The notes: a model not told the origin generated them from the letters alone. Positions 26,835-36,969 are shown, counted from the stretch's first letter. The stretch is DNA of 64,000 nt from a virus (IMGVR_UViG_3300043432_000237:61037-125036); one strand, 5' to 3'. Made by a program: numbers and translations.

Positions 26835-27151
26835 GTTTGTTCGCGGATCTGTACGGCTACTGGGAACCGCCCGCCGGCTGGAAGCGCACGTCCGACGGCG
26901 CTCTGCGCGCGTCGCTGCACCATCCCGAGCACGGCAACCTGATGCTGGAGACAATCTACGACGACGACGACATCAAGGTGACCTGGATCCCGGGTGCCGA
27001 GCGCAAGGTCACTGCCTCGGAGCTGGCGAAGGCCTTTCTGGCCGACGGGCACCAGGTCACCCGATTTCACGTCAACGTACCGATCGCGGGTCAGGTCACC
27101 TGGGTCATGCGCCCACAGTCGTTTTGGGAGCGCTTGTTCGGGGGCAGGTGA
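26831..27151 (+). CDS. hypothetical protein
   Basis: ATGA overlap; ends SFWERLFGG. Confidence 0.65.
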   Translation: MSLFADLYGYWEPPAGWKRTSDGALRASLHHPEHGNLMLETIYDDDDIKVTWIPGAERKVTASELAKAFLADGHQVTRFHVNVPIAGQVTWVMRPQSFWERLFGGR

Positions 27152-27157
27152 ACCTCT

Positions 27158-27461
27158 GATGCCCCCCGGAACGCCGCTCTCGCTGAAATGTCCCCGCTGC
27201 CGCAGAGGGCAGTGGGGGCACGCGCCCCGGGAGCAGGGCTGTCGTCCCACTGGGCGATTGGAGCCGCGAGTTACCACGACCAAGCAGAAGGGGAGCGGCA
27301 ACGGCGGGCCCGCGCGCACGGGGCATCGCGGCGAAGCGCGCTGTCTCGATTGTGGGCACACCTGGTATTTCACCCATCCCTTTGCTGGCTGGACACGCTG
27401 CTACTTCCCCTCGGCGCTGCTGCCATGGTGCACTGCCTGCGTGGAGACCAAGCAGCCGTGA
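27158..27461 (+). CDS. Cys-rich hypothetical protein
   Basis: KCPRC...RCLDCGHTW; overlaps recombinase start. Confidence 0.55.
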
Positions 27462-28477
27462 CCAAGGCCATCGTCCGAGTGGTCGACAGCCCCGAGCTGC
27501 CTGTAGCCGTCGAGGACGAGCTGGAGCGGCTCCGTGAGCGCTTCTGGCGCTACGCCCAGGCCAGTACGGCCGAGAACACCAAGCGTGTCTATGGGCGCGC
27601 CTGGCGGGACTTCGTGGACTGGTGCAACACCAAGCACCTGAACGCGCTGCCGGCGCACCCGGAGACCGTGGCCTGGTACGCCGTGGCCCTGGTGGCGGGC
27701 GAGGCGGGGCGCAAGCGACCCCTGAAGATCAGCTCCGTGCTGACCGAGCTGGCAGCCATCACGCGGGCGCACGTGGAGTCCCAGCTGGCGCCGCCGACCC
27801 GAGACCCCTACCTGCGCGTCATCCTCCGCGGCATGCGCCGCGAGCACGGCCAGGAGACCGACCAGGCCGACCCCATCCTGCCGCGCCAGCTGCGGGCCAT
27901 GGTCGCCTGCGTGCTGCCCGGGCTGACCGGCACGCGCGACCTGGCCCTGCTGACCTTCGGGTGGGCGTCCGGCCTGCGGCGCTCCGAGCTGGCCGCCCTG
28001 ACCGTCTCCCAGCTGCGCTTTCGGGATGCGCAGTGCCTGGTGACCCTCGGACGCTCCAAAGGCGACCAGGAAGGCCACGGGCACACCCGCATCGTGCATG
28101 CCGGGGCGCACCTCGACACCTGTCCGGTGTCGGCCCTGCAGACCTGGCTGTCCGCGGGCCAGATCCGGGATGGCCACGTGTTCCGGAAGGTCACCGGTGA
28201 GCGCACCGTCGGCGATGGGCTGAGTGACCGCGCGGTCGACGCCATCGTGCGCCAGTACATCTTCCGCGCTCAGCAGCGCTTCCCCGAGGCCATCCCGCCC
28301 GGGCAGTACTCGGCGCACTCCCTGCGCTCGGGCGTGGCCACCACCATGTGTCTGGCCGGCAAGACCGACCTGGAGATCCGCGACCACCTGGGCCACAAGT
28401 CGATGGGCACGACGGCGCGCTACGTGCGGTTGGCCAAGACGCTTGGTAGCTCTGCGACGAAAGACGTTGGGCTGTGA
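27458..28477 (+). CDS. tyrosine recombinase (Cre/XerC-like)
   Basis: ENTKRVY..W..F..WC; RDLALL...SGLRRSEL; SKGDQ; HSLRSG; LGHKS..TTARY. Confidence 0.95.
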   Translation: MTKAIVRVVDSPELPVAVEDELERLRERFWRYAQASTAENTKRVYGRAWRDFVDWCNTKHLNALPAHPETVAWYAVALVAGEAGRKRPLKISSVLTELAAITRAHVESQLAPPTRDPYLRVILRGMRREHGQETDQADPILPRQLRAMVACVLPGLTGTRDLALLTFGWASGLRRSELAALTVSQLRFRDAQCLVTLGRSKGDQEGHGHTRIVHAGAHLDTCPVSALQTWLSAGQIRDGHVFRKVTGERTVGDGLSDRAVDAIVRQYIFRAQQRFPEAIPPGQYSAHSLRSGVATTMCLAGKTDLEIRDHLGHKSMGTTARYVRLAKTLGSSATKDVGL

Positions 28478-28522
28478 AGTTCGCGACGAACAACAATGGT
28501 CTGCCTGCGAGCTTGAAACACC

Positions 28523-28822
28523 TCAAGTCGTCTCTTGTCGAATGGCGTTCCTCCGATAGCCGCCGGGCAGTGGCCAGTAGCCGAAGCTCGTAGGGTCCCC
28601 GGGGCGTGGCCCGAAAAAGGTACCGGCGGGCGCGTAGTCGTTCAGGGCAGCAGAGAGCCCCAGGAAGGCCACCATGGCGGTCTCCGTCGACCCCAGGCTG
28701 CGCTCGGCCACCACCAGCATCCGCTCGGCGTCGGCGTCCTCCGGGTGAGCAATGCTCGCCAGCTCCTCGGCGAAGCGCGTCACCGCCTCGGGCACGTAGT
28801 CGGTACGGATCAGCTCAGTCAT
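28523..28822 (-). CDS. hypothetical phage protein
   Basis: ALNDYAPAGTFFG.RPGD...FGYW. Confidence 0.75.
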   Translation of the reverse strand: MTELIRTDYVPEAVTRFAEELASIAHPEDADAERMLVVAERSLGSTETAMVAFLGLSAALNDYAPAGTFFGPRPGDPTSFGYWPLPGGYRRNAIRQETT

Positions 28823-30834
28823 GACCGCTTGATCTTGGTGTCGACGTGATCGAACTCGCCCTCCTGTGCTGCACGCAGGAAGTGATCAGCCAGCGCCTTC
28901 GCCACCAGCTCGCGCGTCGGCTTGTTGAACATCTCGTGCCACTTCATCGAGCACCCGTTCTCCTTGCAGTACGCCTGGGCCGCGGCCTCGACGACGTAGC
29001 CCCAGAGCTTGGGCGCCAAGGCGTGATCGTAGTTGCCCTTGCGGAACTTGCGCAGTTGGTTCACGAGCGCCGAGTTGCCGTGTCCGTGGGAGCTGTGCAT
29101 CGAGAAGCGCGCGTCGTTCTCCAGGTACAGCTCCAGCTCGTCCGCCGCGTGCTGGTCAGCCGTTCCGCCGCGTGCGTTGCTCTCCATCTCGTCGTCGCCA
29201 GCAGCCGCGTAGGCGGCGTTCATGAGTGCGGCGTCCAGGATACCGCTGCCCTCGTTCACGAATTGCTTCAGCTTGCGCTTCAGGAAGTCGTTCACGGCTC
29301 CACCGCGCCTCAGCTGGGCGTGGTCATAGAAGTCTTCCCAGCGGCCGTCCCAGATACCGACGCCTTCTCCGCGCAGCGTCATGAGCACCAGGTAGGGGCC
29401 CATGTTATCCCAGAGATCGTCGGCCGTGGTTCCGCCCTTCGGTGGATGGGTGCGCACCAGCTCGTCCAGCGCGCTGGCGAGGGCGGCGTCGTACTCCTTG
29501 GCGACCCGCAGCACCTCTTCGGTCACCTCGACGTCTTCCGTGCCCAGGTCGCCGCTCTCTGCTTCCATCTCGATCAGCTGATGAAGCAGCTCGACGTCTT
29601 CGGCGAGACCGCCACGGAGCGAGTGATGGTGGTTCGGGCGCAAGCGTGAGCCACCGCGCGCGGTCGGTTCCGTCCCGGCTCCCTTGCACATGGGGCACGC
29701 GGCGCGTTCTCCAAACACCACGCCCTCGCCCTCGCAGTGCCCGCAATCCTTCCTTGGCACCTGCACGCTCACCACCTTCTTCCCCGTGCCACCCGGACTC
29801 CGCACGACCACCTGGTAGGCGCCTTGCCCCGCCGGGATGACCCACTCGGTCTCCACGGGCTCGTAGCCCTGGCGGCGCGCTTCCGCCCACACGCGCTCGT
29901 GCAGCTCGCGGTACTTCTCTGGCGGCGCACCGTTGGGCTCCAAGTCAGTAGGGTCAGGGTGCACCTGATGACTGCGTGTCGCGTGACCCAGTTGTCGGAA
30001 CTGTCCATCGGCGCCGACTCCGAAGATGACGCCCGCGCGAATGCCTCGACGTTGCGCCTCGTAGCGCGCGGCGTCCATCGCCTCGGGCACCGAATCGTAC
30101 CCGCGCGTTGGGCCGATGGTCAGGTGGGTGCCACCTCGCTGCACGAGATCCACGACGTACCTCCCGCGGTGATCGGCATGGATCACGAAGTCGTCTTGGC
30201 TTGCTCCGGTTTCTTGGTAGATGCCTCGGGCGTTCGGGGAATACGGGGACTTCACTCGCGGAACACGTTGGGCCGGGATGCCCTGCGCTCGCAACTTCAC
30301 GAACGCAGCGTCGCAAGCCTGGGCCGTGGGGTAGGACTTGAACGTCGTGTCCGACACTTTCAGGACGCGGCCTTCCTCGACCGCGCGCGCCCAGTCCGTG
30401 CGCTGCTGCCGAGATTCCCTCTTCGAGATGTTCGCCTCGTACTTCGAGCCGTGCGCGTAGTCCTCGAAATAATCGTCCGCTCGGTCCTCGTCTTCGTGCG
30501 GGGACTGCTCGAAAACGGACTGCCAGGAGCGCTCCAGGTCGTGCTCGGTGTCGTACAGGTTGACGTCCACGAACCCCTGGCTGTCCGTGAACACGATGAC
30601 GCCCGCCGCGCTGGTGATCTCGTTTCGGTCCACCGAGTTGAGCCTCGCCACTTCCTCGGGCCAGCTCTCGGCGAACTTGTCCAGGTCGAACGGACCCCGG
30701 AAGAGGTCTGCTCCCGAGCCGTCCTCCCCGAACGAGATCTGACCGTCCGAGAAACCCTCCAACATGATCGCGTGGAACAGCTCACCGGACGCTCCACTTC
30801 TCTCGAACTTCCCCGGACGCTTCTGATAGCTCAT
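28819..30834 (-). CDS. mosaic (polyvalent) protein with PN-delimited modules
   Basis: 671 aa; modules include a DSQGFV domain, a DnaJ-like CxxCxGxG finger and an ELELYLEND domain; linkers YEAN, YSPN, LEPN, LRPN, MESN. Confidence 0.85.
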   Translation of the reverse strand: MSYQKRPGKFERSGASGELFHAIMLEGFSDGQISFGEDGSGADLFRGPFDLDKFAESWPEEVARLNSVDRNEITSAAGVIVFTDSQGFVDVNLYDTEHDLERSWQSVFEQSPHEDEDRADDYFEDYAHGSKYEANISKRESRQQRTDWARAVEEGRVLKVSDTTFKSYPTAQACDAAFVKLRAQGIPAQRVPRVKSPYSPNARGIYQETGASQDDFVIHADHRGRYVVDLVQRGGTHLTIGPTRGYDSVPEAMDAARYEAQRRGIRAGVIFGVGADGQFRQLGHATRSHQVHPDPTDLEPNGAPPEKYRELHERVWAEARRQGYEPVETEWVIPAGQGAYQVVVRSPGGTGKKVVSVQVPRKDCGHCEGEGVVFGERAACPMCKGAGTEPTARGGSRLRPNHHHSLRGGLAEDVELLHQLIEMEAESGDLGTEDVEVTEEVLRVAKEYDAALASALDELVRTHPPKGGTTADDLWDNMGPYLVLMTLRGEGVGIWDGRWEDFYDHAQLRRGGAVNDFLKRKLKQFVNEGSGILDAALMNAAYAAAGDDEMESNARGGTADQHAADELELYLENDARFSMHSSHGHGNSALVNQLRKFRKGNYDHALAPKLWGYVVEAAAQAYCKENGCSMKWHEMFNKPTRELVAKALADHFLRAAQEGEFDHVDTKIKRS

Positions 30835-30896
30835 GTGTTCGGCTCCAGTGGCAGGCTAACGTGGACGCGCGCTGGCAAGCCAGTTTTCGCGCAGGC

Positions 30897-31448
30897 TCAC
30901 CAGTCGGCTGGTTTTTTCAGCTCGTCTGGATACAGCTGAAAGCTCGTCGCTTTCCCGTTTCGCTCTTCGCAGAGGACGATCAGGTTGCCCAGGTCATCCC
31001 AGAACCACGCCTGGGCGCGCCCGAGCGTGACCTTGCCCTTGAGCGTCAGCATCCGATTGCCGTATTTCACGCGGCGGCGGTCCGCTGGATCGAGCGCGTC
31101 CAGCCAGTACGCCAGCACCGACTCCTGCGCGGCGGCCACGTGACGGCGGGCTTGTCCGAGCGACTTGCGGATCCGCTTGAGCGCGAAGGCCTCAGCAGCT
31201 TCCAGCTGCAGCGGTGACCAGTCCGAACGCTCGTTGCGCAGGATGGCCACGTCGCCCTGCTCGTACATGTCCAGCCGCTGCTGCAAATTCTCCAGGACCA
31301 CTTCCAGGTCGGTGTACGACCCGTAGACGTAGCCCCCGATGATGTCCACCGCCTGCGGGCCGAAGTGATGGTTGGTGACGCCGTCGCAAATGGCCAACCA
31401 GACCTGTTCCTGCTGCACGGGGGTCAGCGCTTTCATCGTAGTGGCCAC
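30897..31448 (-). CDS. hypothetical protein
   Basis: 183 aa ORF. Confidence 0.7.
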   Translation of the reverse strand: MATTMKALTPVQQEQVWLAICDGVTNHHFGPQAVDIIGGYVYGSYTDLEVVLENLQQRLDMYEQGDVAILRNERSDWSPLQLEAAEAFALKRIRKSLGQARRHVAAAQESVLAYWLDALDPADRRRVKYGNRMLTLKGKVTLGRAQAWFWDDLGNLIVLCEERNGKATSFQLYPDELKKPADW

Positions 31449-31678
31449 CCCAGTCTACGGGCGAGGGCCGCCTGAGCTTCCCCGAACCCGCGCCGGGAGG
31501 TCATCTTGCCCACGCACTGGGTCCGTTCTCCGCGCAAGACGGTCGGGCGCTCCTCCGAAAAGACCCCGCGGCGCACCGGCCGGTTGCCCTTGTAGTAGAT
31601 CACGGCATAGGCCGTGTGGACTTGGTTCGTTCTACCGAAGGACACGGCGCGGGTGCGCGGAAGTTTGGGCTTGACCAT
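31433..31678 (-). CDS. small basic hypothetical protein
   Basis: 81 aa; start uncertain. Confidence 0.45.
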   Translation of the reverse strand: MVKPKLPRTRAVSFGRTNQVHTAYAVIYYKGNRPVRRGVFSEERPTVLRGERTQCVGKMTSRRGFGEAQAALARRLGWPLR

Positions 31679-31700
31679 GCGCCCAAGCTACCATGCGGCC

Positions 31701-32291
31701 GTGCAGGATCCCAAGCAGCTGCTGCCCCACGTGGAGTGGTCCACGCGCCGCGCTTTTCTGCAGATGGCAGCGCGGTTCGAGGCGCAGACCGGCTACGTGC
31801 TGCGCGTGCGCTCGGGCCGACGCACCTGCCAGGAGCAGGCGGAGCAGTACGGAATCGGCCGCACCTACAACCTGGGCAGCCCCACCGTCACCGGCGCGCG
31901 CGGCTGCCAGAGCTGGCACGTGCTGGCGCGCGCAGTGGACGCGGATCCGGTGCACCCTGCGACCGGCAAGGTCGTAGCCAGCTGCGAGCTGGCTAGCGTG
32001 GCCGGCGGGATCTGGGAGCAGCTGGGGGGCGTCTGGGGTGGCCGCTTCGGCGGTTTCGGCGGCTGTGGAGATCAGGGCCACTTCGAGTGGCATCCCGGAC
32101 TGTCCATCGGCCAGTTCTGCCCTGACTGGACGGCCTGTGAGGCGGTCTCCCGCAGCATCCAGACCCGAGACCCCGTCAGCGGCACCGCGTGGGCCCTGGG
32201 CGGCTTTGCTGTCGCGTTTCTCGCCGGCTGGGTCGTGCTGACCGCTCCGGGCTCCAAAGGGCAGCTGGGGCGTTTCTTGGGCCGGCGCTGA
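31701..32291 (+). CDS. M15-family (L-Ala-D-Glu-type) peptidase with C-terminal TM helix
   Basis: SGRRT..EQ..QY..GRT, QSWH...AVD, WGG.F...D.GHFE; hydrophobic tail; GTG 31701 behind leaderless promoter. Confidence 0.88.
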   Translation: MQDPKQLLPHVEWSTRRAFLQMAARFEAQTGYVLRVRSGRRTCQEQAEQYGIGRTYNLGSPTVTGARGCQSWHVLARAVDADPVHPATGKVVASCELASVAGGIWEQLGGVWGGRFGGFGGCGDQGHFEWHPGLSIGQFCPDWTACEAVSRSIQTRDPVSGTAWALGGFAVAFLAGWVVLTAPGSKGQLGRFLGRR

Positions 32292-32313
32292 GCCTCGGGA
32301 TAGGCTGCTGAGC

Positions 32314-33123
32314 ATGGCCGAGGACGTCGTATTTTTCTTCAAGACCTTCCCGGACGCGGGGACCAAGGCCTTGCCCTGGCCGGGCCCGGTCCGGCTGATC
32401 GGGGTCGACCCGCCCGCGGGCTGCCTGTGCGGGGGCTCGGACAAGCTCTGCAGCTCGGCCTACTCCTGCATGTGGCAGTCGCTGCGGGGCGCCGACGGCC
32501 GCGCCCTGCCGGGCCTGCTCGCGCGCTACGCGAAGGGCGTCACGCCCAAGCGCGTGGCCCTGGTGGGCTTCAGCGCAGCGCACGGCATCCTGAACCCGCT
32601 CCTGAACAACGACGCCGACCGACGCGCCGTCAGCGCGGCCATCCTGATCGACACCTGCTTCGGTGGCGGCAAGACGGGCTTCCAGAAGTCGCTCAAGGCC
32701 GGCGCTAGCGGCGAGCAGCTGTTCGTGACCATGACCTCGCACGACGGCAGCCCGTGGAAGAGCGCCGACGATCTGCACTCGGGCACGCTCTGCTTCGAGC
32801 GCAACGTGCTCGCTCCGACTGGCCTGCAGCCCAAGCTGGTCGAGGTGCGGGCGCCCGCGCTGCCTCCCTCGGGCGGCACGTTCCGGATCGGCAGCAACGC
32901 CTACTGGCTGCGCTACGCCAACGCCGCCGGCAAGACCGAGCTGCCGCACTACGAGATCCGGGTCAAGCACCAGAACGCTCTGCTCGCGGCGTACCTGCTG
33001 CCCTACTGGCGCGGCGAGCTGGGCGGTGGACTCCCCACCTGGGCGTACGGCGCGCTGGGTGCCGCGGCGGTCGGGGGCGGCTACTACGCCTGGTCCCGCT
33101 GGAAGAAGCGGCGCAGCGGCTAG
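32314..33123 (+). CDS. alpha/beta-hydrolase-like protein with C-terminal TM helix
   Basis: VALVGFSAA nucleophile elbow, ILID; tail WAYGALGAAAVGGGYYAWSRWKKRR. Confidence 0.7.
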   Translation: MAEDVVFFFKTFPDAGTKALPWPGPVRLIGVDPPAGCLCGGSDKLCSSAYSCMWQSLRGADGRALPGLLARYAKGVTPKRVALVGFSAAHGILNPLLNNDADRRAVSAAILIDTCFGGGKTGFQKSLKAGASGEQLFVTMTSHDGSPWKSADDLHSGTLCFERNVLAPTGLQPKLVEVRAPALPPSGGTFRIGSNAYWLRYANAAGKTELPHYEIRVKHQNALLAAYLLPYWRGELGGGLPTWAYGALGAAAVGGGYYAWSRWKKRRSG

Positions 33124-33878
33124 GGCGCGGGCAGCCAGAGCGGCGGGTCCTGGGTCTCGTAGAGCCAGGGCGCGTCCGGCACGCGCACGCGCACCGGCGG
33201 CTTCGCATCCGGCGGTCGGATCTTCTCGCGCGTGTGCACCTCGCGCACGCAGCCGACCGGCCGCCAGTCGGGCTGGAACGTCCCGCGCGTGCTCCCGAAC
33301 TCCCAGGTCTGGCGATGCCCCAGCGCACTCGCCACCTGGTGCTGGTGCTCGACGATGGGTGGGCCGTGCGCGCGGATCTTCAGTCGCATGCGATCGATTG
33401 CCCAGGCGACCGCGCAGTCCCAGCTGTGCAGGTTGCCCTGGTCGCGCATCCACCGCAGCGCCCCGCGTAGCACGGTCAGCACGTCCGCCGTCCAGTAGAG
33501 CACGCCCACCGTGCCGTACCAGGGCACCGCTTCGGAGTACCAGACGTCGTTGCCCGCGCAGTAGCCCCCGGGGTTGTAGAGCCAGCCCGCCCCGAACTCC
33601 ACGTGGTCGGGCCAGGACCACATGCGCACGTTCTGGAGAAGGTGACGGTTCACCAGGCAGTCGTCCTCCAGCAGGATGACCTGCGGCGCGGGCGACTCCG
33701 CCATGCGCTCAAACGTGCGCGCCCAGTGCTCCAGCGCCTTCATGCCGGTTGGGTGCTCGCACCAGTGGTAGTCCTCCCCGACGTCCGAGGCGTGCAGCGA
33801 CGCCCGCAGCGCGCGGTGCGCGACGTCGCGCCCGGGCGCTGCCAACACGAAGACCTCGATGCCGTCGGCCAGGCTCAA
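33120..33878 (-). CDS. putative GT-A glycosyltransferase
   Basis: VILLEDD, WD, PPIVEH...SALG. Confidence 0.65.
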   Translation of the reverse strand: MSLADGIEVFVLAAPGRDVAHRALRASLHASDVGEDYHWCEHPTGMKALEHWARTFERMAESPAPQVILLEDDCLVNRHLLQNVRMWSWPDHVEFGAGWLYNPGGYCAGNDVWYSEAVPWYGTVGVLYWTADVLTVLRGALRWMRDQGNLHSWDCAVAWAIDRMRLKIRAHGPPIVEHQHQVASALGHRQTWEFGSTRGTFQPDWRPVGCVREVHTREKIRPPDAKPPVRVRVPDAPWLYETQDPPLWLPAP

Positions 33879-34053
33879 TTTGCACCCGGCTCGCCGAGCG
33901 CCTTGCGTGCGTCGCGCTCCAAGCGTTTCCAGGCCAGCTCATGGCTCTCGCACGAGCCCTGCTCCACCGACACGCACTCCGTGCAGAAATGCACGTTCTT
34001 GATCAGCAGCAGCAACCGCTGCAGGAGCAGGCGGGCGGCGGGCTCAGTGACCG

Positions 34054-35049
34054 TCATGACCGCAGATTCTCGATCAGGGGGAGCGCCTCCAGGATACGCG
34101 AGAACCAGGTGTGGTTGCGAATCACTTCCTGGCGACCCGCACGACCGAGGTAGCGCGCCAGGTCGGGCGAGCCCAGGAGCCGCCGACACGCTGCCACCAG
34201 CTCCGCTTCGTCGCGATACACGTAGCAGTGCTCCGGACCGAACTCCTTCTCCAGACCCGGCACGTAGTGACACACGGTCGGTGTGCCTGATCCCATCGCG
34301 ATCAGCTGGCGGTCGGAGTAGTAGCGCTCGATGTCGTTGAAGTGGTTGACGTTCAGGGCAACCTTGGCGCGGCGCCAGATGTGCACCTGCTCCTTGACCC
34401 CGCACGTCCCGACCACGGGAAAGTTCCCGGGCCACCCGTTGCCCACGATGCCCACGTCCAGACCGGCGCCCTGCAACGCGCGGATGGCCGCCTCGCGCTC
34501 CAGCGTGCCCTTCGGAAACGTGCTGCCGTAGTACGAACCGCAGAACACGATCTCGGGCACTCGAAACGGTGGCTCCCAGTCGTCGGTCGGAAACAAGTCT
34601 TGCTCCCAGTCGACACCGATCTGCAGGTAGGACGCGAGATGGGCGCCGGCTGCTCGAAACAGCTCCACCTGACCCGCAGCACTGGTGAAAGTCAGGTCGG
34701 TTGCGCGGCAGATGCTGCTCAGGTACGGGCTCACGCTCGGGCGGCAGTCCCCGGTCCAGTGCGTGAAGATCGCGTGGGTGCAGCGTCGCCGAGCGTCCTC
34801 GATCGCCTCTGCGCTCAGCACGCCAGTGTCCTGCACCTGCATCCAGACCCAGTCCGGTTGCACTCGGTCGACCTTTTCGACGAACTGGGCACTGATGTGG
34901 TCCGCTCTGATCCCTTCGCGCTGCTTGGCCAGGTAGTCGAACTCGAACACGTTGTCGCGCCCGAACACGCCCTCGAACGCATGCTGCATGCCGCGCTGCG
35001 GGTGGTCGTAGTTGATGGTTGCCAGCAAGATCTTTTTCACGCTTCTCAT
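34054..35049 (-). CDS. CgeB-like glycosyltransferase
   Basis: HWTGD, IVFCGS, AKVALNV..YYSDR..AMGSG, HTWFSR. Confidence 0.85.
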   Translation of the reverse strand: MRSVKKILLATINYDHPQRGMQHAFEGVFGRDNVFEFDYLAKQREGIRADHISAQFVEKVDRVQPDWVWMQVQDTGVLSAEAIEDARRRCTHAIFTHWTGDCRPSVSPYLSSICRATDLTFTSAAGQVELFRAAGAHLASYLQIGVDWEQDLFPTDDWEPPFRVPEIVFCGSYYGSTFPKGTLEREAAIRALQGAGLDVGIVGNGWPGNFPVVGTCGVKEQVHIWRRAKVALNVNHFNDIERYYSDRQLIAMGSGTPTVCHYVPGLEKEFGPEHCYVYRDEAELVAACRRLLGSPDLARYLGRAGRQEVIRNHTWFSRILEALPLIENLRS

Positions 35050-35996
35050 GTGCCTTGCCACTCCTTGCGCGCCTCGAACGCCTCCATGCTCGCGGGCACC
35101 AGGTACTTCGCGATGCAGTGCTTGACCGTGTAGTGCTCCAGCTCGTCGAACCGCACCTCAGCCTGCTCACGCAGCGACTGCAAGCGCTCCGTCTCGCAGA
35201 GGTCCCGCAGCCAGGCCCCTTGGCGCTCCAGCACCTCGACGTCCTCCGACAGCTCGATCCGCTGGTAGTGGTGCGGCTCCAGCGGCCAGCTGTCCGGGTG
35301 GGCCTCCGCGATCAGCCCGGCCGAAGTCGACATGAGCTGCCAGAGCCGCCACTGAGGAAACGTGGCGCCCGCCGTGTGCGCCACATGCAGCGCGACCGCG
35401 GCAGTGTCCAGGCAGCCGATCAGCCGCCGACCGTAAGCTCCCGAAAGGTTGACCAGGTAGTGCCCAATGCGCTCGGACAGCGCGGGCAGGATGGTCTGGC
35501 GCCGGCCCGCCATCGAGCCCCACCAGACCAGCGACTCGAACTTGGGCGTCGACCAGCGCGGTCCGCCCGTGGCCTCGGGGGACCAGCCGAGCGGGTAGAG
35601 GGCAGCGCGCAAGCCCCAGCTGCGGAAGCGCTCCACCATGCCGGGCGTGTAGCCCAGCACCAGGTCGTGATCCTGTGCTGCAGCGCGGAAGCCCTCCCAG
35701 TGGGCGACGTGCGAGTCCAGCATGGTCGGCGCCCAGGCCTCGATCGCGTAGAGCGCGGTGCAGTGCCGACGCGACTCGGGCGGACCGATGCGCAGGTTCT
35801 GGTTGGTCCAGTCCACGTAGAAGGTCCGCTCGTCGGCGCGCTCGCTCAGCTCGACTTGATAACGCTCCGGTGTCACCACGCTATGGCACGAGTCCAGCGT
35901 CTGCAGCGTCTCGCGCAGCTCGAACAACGGACCCCACACCGCTGGCACCACGTGCCGGTAGTGCAGATCACTGATGCGGTGCAGCGGCCGTTTCAT
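35046..35996 (-). CDS. CgeB-like glycosyltransferase (divergent)
   Basis: PLGW, WWGS..GRR..L, ALHV...WRL, HYT. Confidence 0.65.
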   Translation of the reverse strand: MKRPLHRISDLHYRHVVPAVWGPLFELRETLQTLDSCHSVVTPERYQVELSERADERTFYVDWTNQNLRIGPPESRRHCTALYAIEAWAPTMLDSHVAHWEGFRAAAQDHDLVLGYTPGMVERFRSWGLRAALYPLGWSPEATGGPRWSTPKFESLVWWGSMAGRRQTILPALSERIGHYLVNLSGAYGRRLIGCLDTAAVALHVAHTAGATFPQWRLWQLMSTSAGLIAEAHPDSWPLEPHHYQRIELSEDVEVLERQGAWLRDLCETERLQSLREQAEVRFDELEHYTVKHCIAKYLVPASMEAFEARKEWQGT

Positions 35997-36230
35997 GGCA
36001 GTGCTCGACCGGAGCAACCGTAGACCTGCACCTCAGCATCCCGAAACGACTCGGACACCAGCAACTCAGAACCGCCCCGCAAATGCAGTAGCGCGCGAGA
36101 CTGATTGGACCGAGTGTCGTAAGCCACGGAGACAGCCACGATGTCGGCGCGCGCCACCGTAACCAGAGGCCCGAAAGTGTTCGGCGGGATGAACCTAGAA
36201 AAGCTCAGCGGTCGGGTCTTCTCGTCCATC
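35993..36230 (-). CDS. small hypothetical protein
   Basis: MDEKTRPL start; ..GGSELLVSESF. Confidence 0.5.
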
Positions 36231-36234
36231 ACTC

Positions 36235-36969
36235 TTAGCTCTCTCGGACGACGCCGGTCTGCTCGCGCGTGGCCTGCATGTTGTGGCCGTGCATGCGCTT
36301 GTAGCCCACCACGCGATCGATGCCGTGCGCCGGACCGTACGCGCGCGTGAGCGCCTGAAAGAAGCGCCCGTCGCTGGCGTAGTCGCCGTGATCGGTCTCC
36401 TCCCAGCTGGGCACGCGCTCGAAGCACGCGCGACGATGCGCGACCTGGTTGTGGTCCAGCACGCAGTACGGGTCGTGCACCGGTCCGGCAAAGTAGCGCT
36501 GCTCACCCGTTGGCTGCCGGTCACGACTGACATAGACCAGGCGGCCGTAGCCCACCATGACCTCCGGACGCGCGAACAGCTCGTCGAACGCCGCAAACGC
36601 GCCTGCGTCGTAGTAATCGTCGTCGGCCAGGTAGTGCACAATGTCGCCCTGCGCGTGCCGTAGCACCGCGTTGATGCCCTTCACTGCGCGCGTGGCCGCG
36701 TCGCCGCGCCAGGTCGGACGGTCCGGATTCTCGACAACGAGTGCCGAGCCTGCCAGAAAGTTCAGCAGTAGCGCCGGGTGGAAGCGGGTGGTGTAAACCG
36801 TCGGAACGCCCGCCAGTGCCTGCTGAATCGCCGTCAGCGTCGGCTCGTCCGAGGCGTCGTCGGTGATGATGAGCTGCCACTCGCCGTTGGTCTGTGCGCG
36901 CACCGACGCGATGGCCTCGCTCACCAGCTTCGGTCGGTTGTAGCTGCCCAGGATGACCGTGTGCTTCAC
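36235..36969 (-). CDS. GT2 glycosyltransferase (SpsA-like)
   Basis: SYNRP, QT...WQLIITDDAS, YLADDDYY, LDHNQVAHRR. Confidence 0.9.
   Translation of the reverse strand: MKHTVILGSYNRPKLVSEAIASVRAQTNGEWQLIITDDASDEPTLTAIQQALAGVPTVYTTRFHPALLLNFLAGSALVVENPDRPTWRGDAATRAVKGINAVLRHAQGDIVHYLADDDYYDAGAFAAFDELFARPEVMVGYGRLVYVSRDRQPTGEQRYFAGPVHDPYCVLDHNQVAHRRACFERVPSWEETDHGDYASDGRFFQALTRAYGPAHGIDRVVGYKRMHGHNMQATREQTGVVRES

Noticed and set aside
30835-30890. Member of the N18 promoter family upstream of the 671-aa polyprotein
   Set aside because: TAGCCT is present but TTGCCA is only 14 nt away, and the gene has a GGAG leader.
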